NCBI GenBank assembly: GCA_038214755.1
Contig: JBBQRQ010000121.1
Span: forward strand, 1-13,869
DNA from: Verrucomicrobiota bacterium
Lineage (GTDB): Bacteria > Verrucomicrobiota > Verrucomicrobiia > Limisphaerales > CANJXF01
Direction of reading: 5' to 3'
Length of the DNA stretch: 13,869 nt
The notes under the pieces were generated by a model, which was not told where the DNA came from, did not search any database, and was given only the letters and a program-made list of their open reading frames with translations. Positions 11,172 to 13,869 of this stretch are shown in pieces. Position 1 is the stretch's first letter. Each line of letters begins with the position of its first letter. Both the position numbers and the translations under genes were made by a program.

Positions 11172-11918
11172 ATGTTCCTTAACGATTCCTCAACGCTCGG
11201 CAGTTGGTTGAATGCAGGATTGAGTTTTTTCTATCCCCAGGTTTGTCAGATTTGCAACGCGCACCGAGCCGCGCCCAATGAAGGCTACGTCTGCGCTGAC
11301 TGTTGGACCGACGTGCGTTTCATCAAACCTCCGTTTTGCGAGCGCTGCGGTTTGCCTTACGAAGGAGAAATCACCAGCGCATTTGAATGCAGCAACTGTC
11401 GTGAAATGGATTTGCATTTCTCCTCGGCGCGTTCCGCCACCGTGGCGCGCGGGATGATGCTCGATGTGATTCATCGTTATAAATATTCCCGCGCGCTCTG
11501 GTTCGAACCATTCCTCGCCGACCTTTTGATTCGCCAGGCCCAGCCGGTTTTGGAAAAAGAAAAATGGGATTGGATCGTGCCGGTCCCATTACATCGCTTA
11601 AAAAAACGCGAGCGCGAATTCAATCAGGCGGAACGTTTGGCCAATCGACTTTCTCGCGCCACAAAAATTCCGGTGAACGCCAACCTGTTGGAGCGTGTCG
11701 AATTTACTCGGACGCAAACGCAGCTCACTCGCCCGCAACGAGCGGCCAACGTGCGAAACGCATTTCGCCTGGGCAACGGGCAAAAAGTCCGCGGTGAAAA
11801 AATTATTTTGATCGACGATGTCATGACCACCGGCGCGACGACGAGCGCCTGCGCGAAAATTTTACAGAAAGCCGGCGCAAGCGAGATTTGCGTTTGGACC
11901 GTCGCTCGCGGATTATAA
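11172..11918 (+). CDS. comF: ComF-family protein (double zinc ribbon plus phosphoribosyltransferase fold)
   Basis: Four CxxC motifs, VPVPLH..REREFNQAE, and IDDVMTTGAT. Confidence 0.9.
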   Translation: MFLNDSSTLGSWLNAGLSFFYPQVCQICNAHRAAPNEGYVCADCWTDVRFIKPPFCERCGLPYEGEITSAFECSNCREMDLHFSSARSATVARGMMLDVIHRYKYSRALWFEPFLADLLIRQAQPVLEKEKWDWIVPVPLHRLKKREREFNQAERLANRLSRATKIPVNANLLERVEFTRTQTQLTRPQRAANVRNAFRLGNGQKVRGEKIILIDDVMTTGATTSACAKILQKAGASEICVWTVARGL

Positions 11919-11935
11919 AAACAGAAAAAAGAATT

Positions 11936-12036
11936 CAGGAGCGCGGACTTCAGTCCGCTTCACGGTGACAGATCACTTGAGGTGCGATGGTTGGAAATCG
12001 TGATCGAGCCGAAGCGGAATAAATTCCGCGCTCCTG
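11936..12036. repeat. REP-like inverted doublet between comF and accD
   Basis: 11936-11961 CAGGAGCGCGGACTTCAGTCCGCTTC versus the reverse complement of 12011-12036, CAGGAGCGCGGAATTTATTCCGCTTC (23/26). Each arm has an internal GCGGA..TCCGC hairpin with a compensatory change. Confidence 0.85.
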
Positions 12037-12067
12037 TCCGCGACAAAAATTTAATCGTTACTTGAAA

Positions 12068-13018
12068 ATGGCCACCACTTCATTTCACAAAAAAACTCTC
12101 GGTCTGGAAACCGGCGAGCCCGCCGTCACTCCCCCGCCGAGCGGAGCGGAAACGACTTTTGTAAAAAAACCCAAGCTCGCCTCCTCCAAATCCAGGAAGC
12201 GAGAAATTCCCGAGGGTCTTTGGATCAAGTGTCCCAAGTGCAACAGCATGGTTTACGACAAGGAGCTCGACGCGAATTTAAAAGTCTGCCCGAAATGTTC
12301 GCACCATTTTCCCATCGGCGCGCGCGAACGCATCCATGCCCTCGTCGAAACCTGTTCCTTCGAAGAAATGGATTCGGAGATGTCGAGCGTCGATGCCCTG
12401 GAATTTACCGGCGCCACTTCGTATGTCAGCAAACTGGAAGAATCCAAAAAAGCGACTGGCCTTAAAGACGCAGTCGTCTCCGGCATTGGAAAAATCGGAG
12501 AGCACCGCGTGGCGTTGGGCGTGATGGACTTTACTTTTTTAGGCGGGTCGATGGGTTCCGTTGTCGGCGAAAAATTGACGCGACTGATCGAGGCGGGAAC
12601 TTCCAAGGGGCTGCCTGTAATCATTATTTCCAGCAGCGGCGGGGCGCGGATGTATGAGGGCATGTTGAGCTTGATGCAGATGGGCAAAACGTGCGGTGCG
12701 CTCGCGTATCACGCCAAAAATAAATTGCCGTATCTCAGCGTGTTGACTGATCCGACGTTCGCGGGAGTCATGGCCAGTTTTGCCAGCGTGGGCGACATCA
12801 TCATTGCGGAGCCAGGCGCCAGAATCGGATTTGCCGGAGCGCGAGTCATCAAGGACACAACCCAAGCCGAGTTGCCGACGGGATTTCAAAGCGCGGAATT
12901 TCTGCTCGACCACGGATTGATTGACGCCATCGTGCCGCGCGCGGAATTGAAAAATCGCTTATCGGGCTACCTGGATTTTTTAATGGACGCGCGGGAAAAA
13001 TTTGCGGCACTCGGATAA
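12068..13018 (+). CDS. accD: Acetyl-CoA carboxylase carboxyltransferase subunit beta
   Basis: PEGLWIKCPKC..VCPKC zinc finger, MDFTFLGGSMGSVVGEK, SGGARMYEG, AEPGARIGFAG, FQSAEFLLDHG. Confidence 0.97.
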   Translation: MATTSFHKKTLGLETGEPAVTPPPSGAETTFVKKPKLASSKSRKREIPEGLWIKCPKCNSMVYDKELDANLKVCPKCSHHFPIGARERIHALVETCSFEEMDSEMSSVDALEFTGATSYVSKLEESKKATGLKDAVVSGIGKIGEHRVALGVMDFTFLGGSMGSVVGEKLTRLIEAGTSKGLPVIIISSSGGARMYEGMLSLMQMGKTCGALAYHAKNKLPYLSVLTDPTFAGVMASFASVGDIIIAEPGARIGFAGARVIKDTTQAELPTGFQSAEFLLDHGLIDAIVPRAELKNRLSGYLDFLMDAREKFAALG

Positions 13019-13063
13019 ACTCGGGGATTATCCATTTTATAATCGCAAGTATCTTGCCCCATC

Positions 13064-13091
13064 TTGCATCCACCGCACATTTCATTACGCT
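13064..13091 (+). promoter_or_regulatory. Possible sigma70-type promoter giving a near-leaderless rpe transcript
   Basis: TTGCAT (13064-13069), 16 nt, TACGCT (13086-13091), then 8 nt to ATG 13100. No Shine-Dalgarno is visible. Confidence 0.3.
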
Positions 13092-13099
13092 TGGCGCGC

Positions 13100-13774
13100 A
13101 TGATTATTGCGCCGTCTTTATTGGCCGCCAACTTCGCCTGCTTCGGCCGGGAAGCTAAACGCGCCACTCGCGCGGGCGCCGATTGGTTGCACCTGGACAT
13201 CATGGACGGCCATTTTGTTCCGAACATTTCTTTCGGCCCGGAAGCGGTGCGCGTCGTCCGTCCGCTCACCAAACTCACGCTCGACGTTCATCTCATGTGC
13301 GCGCGCCCGGAAATTTTGATTGAGCCTTTCGTCAAAAATGGCGCGGACCGAATCACCGTCCATGTCGAACTGGGCGAGCAAGTCACGCCGTTGATCTGGA
13401 AAATTCGGTCGCTCGGAAAAAAAGTCGGCCTCGCCATCAACCCCTCGACTGCGATGTCGGCGCTGGAACCTTTCCTGGCGCAAGTGGATTTGATTTTGAT
13501 TATGACGGTCAATCCCGGTTTCGGAGGGCAACCGTTCATTCGCGAAACGTTGCCAAAAATTCAGCAGGCGTTCGCGTGGCGCGCGGAAAAAAATCTTCGT
13601 TACCGCATCGAAGCGGATGGCGGAATCAATTTTCAAACGGCCGGCGACTGCGCTCATGCCGGAGCGGATACTTTTGTCAGCGGCACGGGCTTGTTCGGGG
13701 AGCCGAGTTTAAAACGCGCCATTGCGAAGATGCGAAAAATCGTGGAGAAAAATTCTCCGGTGAAAGAGTTGTAG
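13100..13774 (+). CDS. rpe: Ribulose-phosphate 3-epimerase
   Basis: IAPSLLAANF, LHLDIMDGHFVPNISFG, DVHLM, MTVNPGFGGQ and EADGGIN. Confidence 0.97.
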   Translation: MIIAPSLLAANFACFGREAKRATRAGADWLHLDIMDGHFVPNISFGPEAVRVVRPLTKLTLDVHLMCARPEILIEPFVKNGADRITVHVELGEQVTPLIWKIRSLGKKVGLAINPSTAMSALEPFLAQVDLILIMTVNPGFGGQPFIRETLPKIQQAFAWRAEKNLRYRIEADGGINFQTAGDCAHAGADTFVSGTGLFGEPSLKRAIAKMRKIVEKNSPVKEL

Positions 13775-13869
13775 CGGGGGGGGGGGGGTGGGGCGCAGGG
13801 CTGTGTGGGTGTTAGAATAGAGCAGCCAAAGGGCGACCACCCAATAAAGGGAGAGCAGGCAAGAGTGCG

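Noticed and set aside
10056..12036. CRISPR array
   Set aside because: The repeats are inverted doublets, not regularly spaced direct repeats, and no cas genes are present.
13775..13869. Poly-G tract and G-rich tail as a G-quadruplex or phase-variable tract
   Set aside because: It lies at the window end and shifts abruptly to low-complexity sequence, so a low-quality contig-end or poly-G artefact is more likely. It cannot be supported without reads.

Overview
Bacterial window, most consistent with Verrucomicrobiota of the Pedosphaera/Limisphaerales type (inferred from gene content, REP-like palindromes and the C-terminal motif of a secreted protein). The left part (1-4465) is accessory. The end of an IS1182-family element sits at a CTAG inside a Ser/Thr kinase-WD40 gene, which also has a 1-nt frameshift in its glycine loop. 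A secreted PA14/FN3-like/laminin-IV protein is transcribed divergently from it. The centre holds an unusually long mutS (1066 aa) with two in-frame insertions: a ~200-aa block resembling a PBECR1 (barnase/colicin E5/RelE-like) nuclease domain, and a ~35-aa REP-doublet-derived peptide just before Walker A. Downstream of mutS are a 71-aa hypothetical gene and a diverged second copy of the last ~43 mutS codons. That copy differs almost only at synonymous sites and is in frame with the small gene. The right part is core: YqjE/holin-like membrane protein, tRNA-Ser(GCT), an atypical Ser/Thr kinase, a CPBP protease, a ComF-family protein, accD and rpe, with REP-like doublets between genes. All family assignments come from motif recognition by eye, not database searches.
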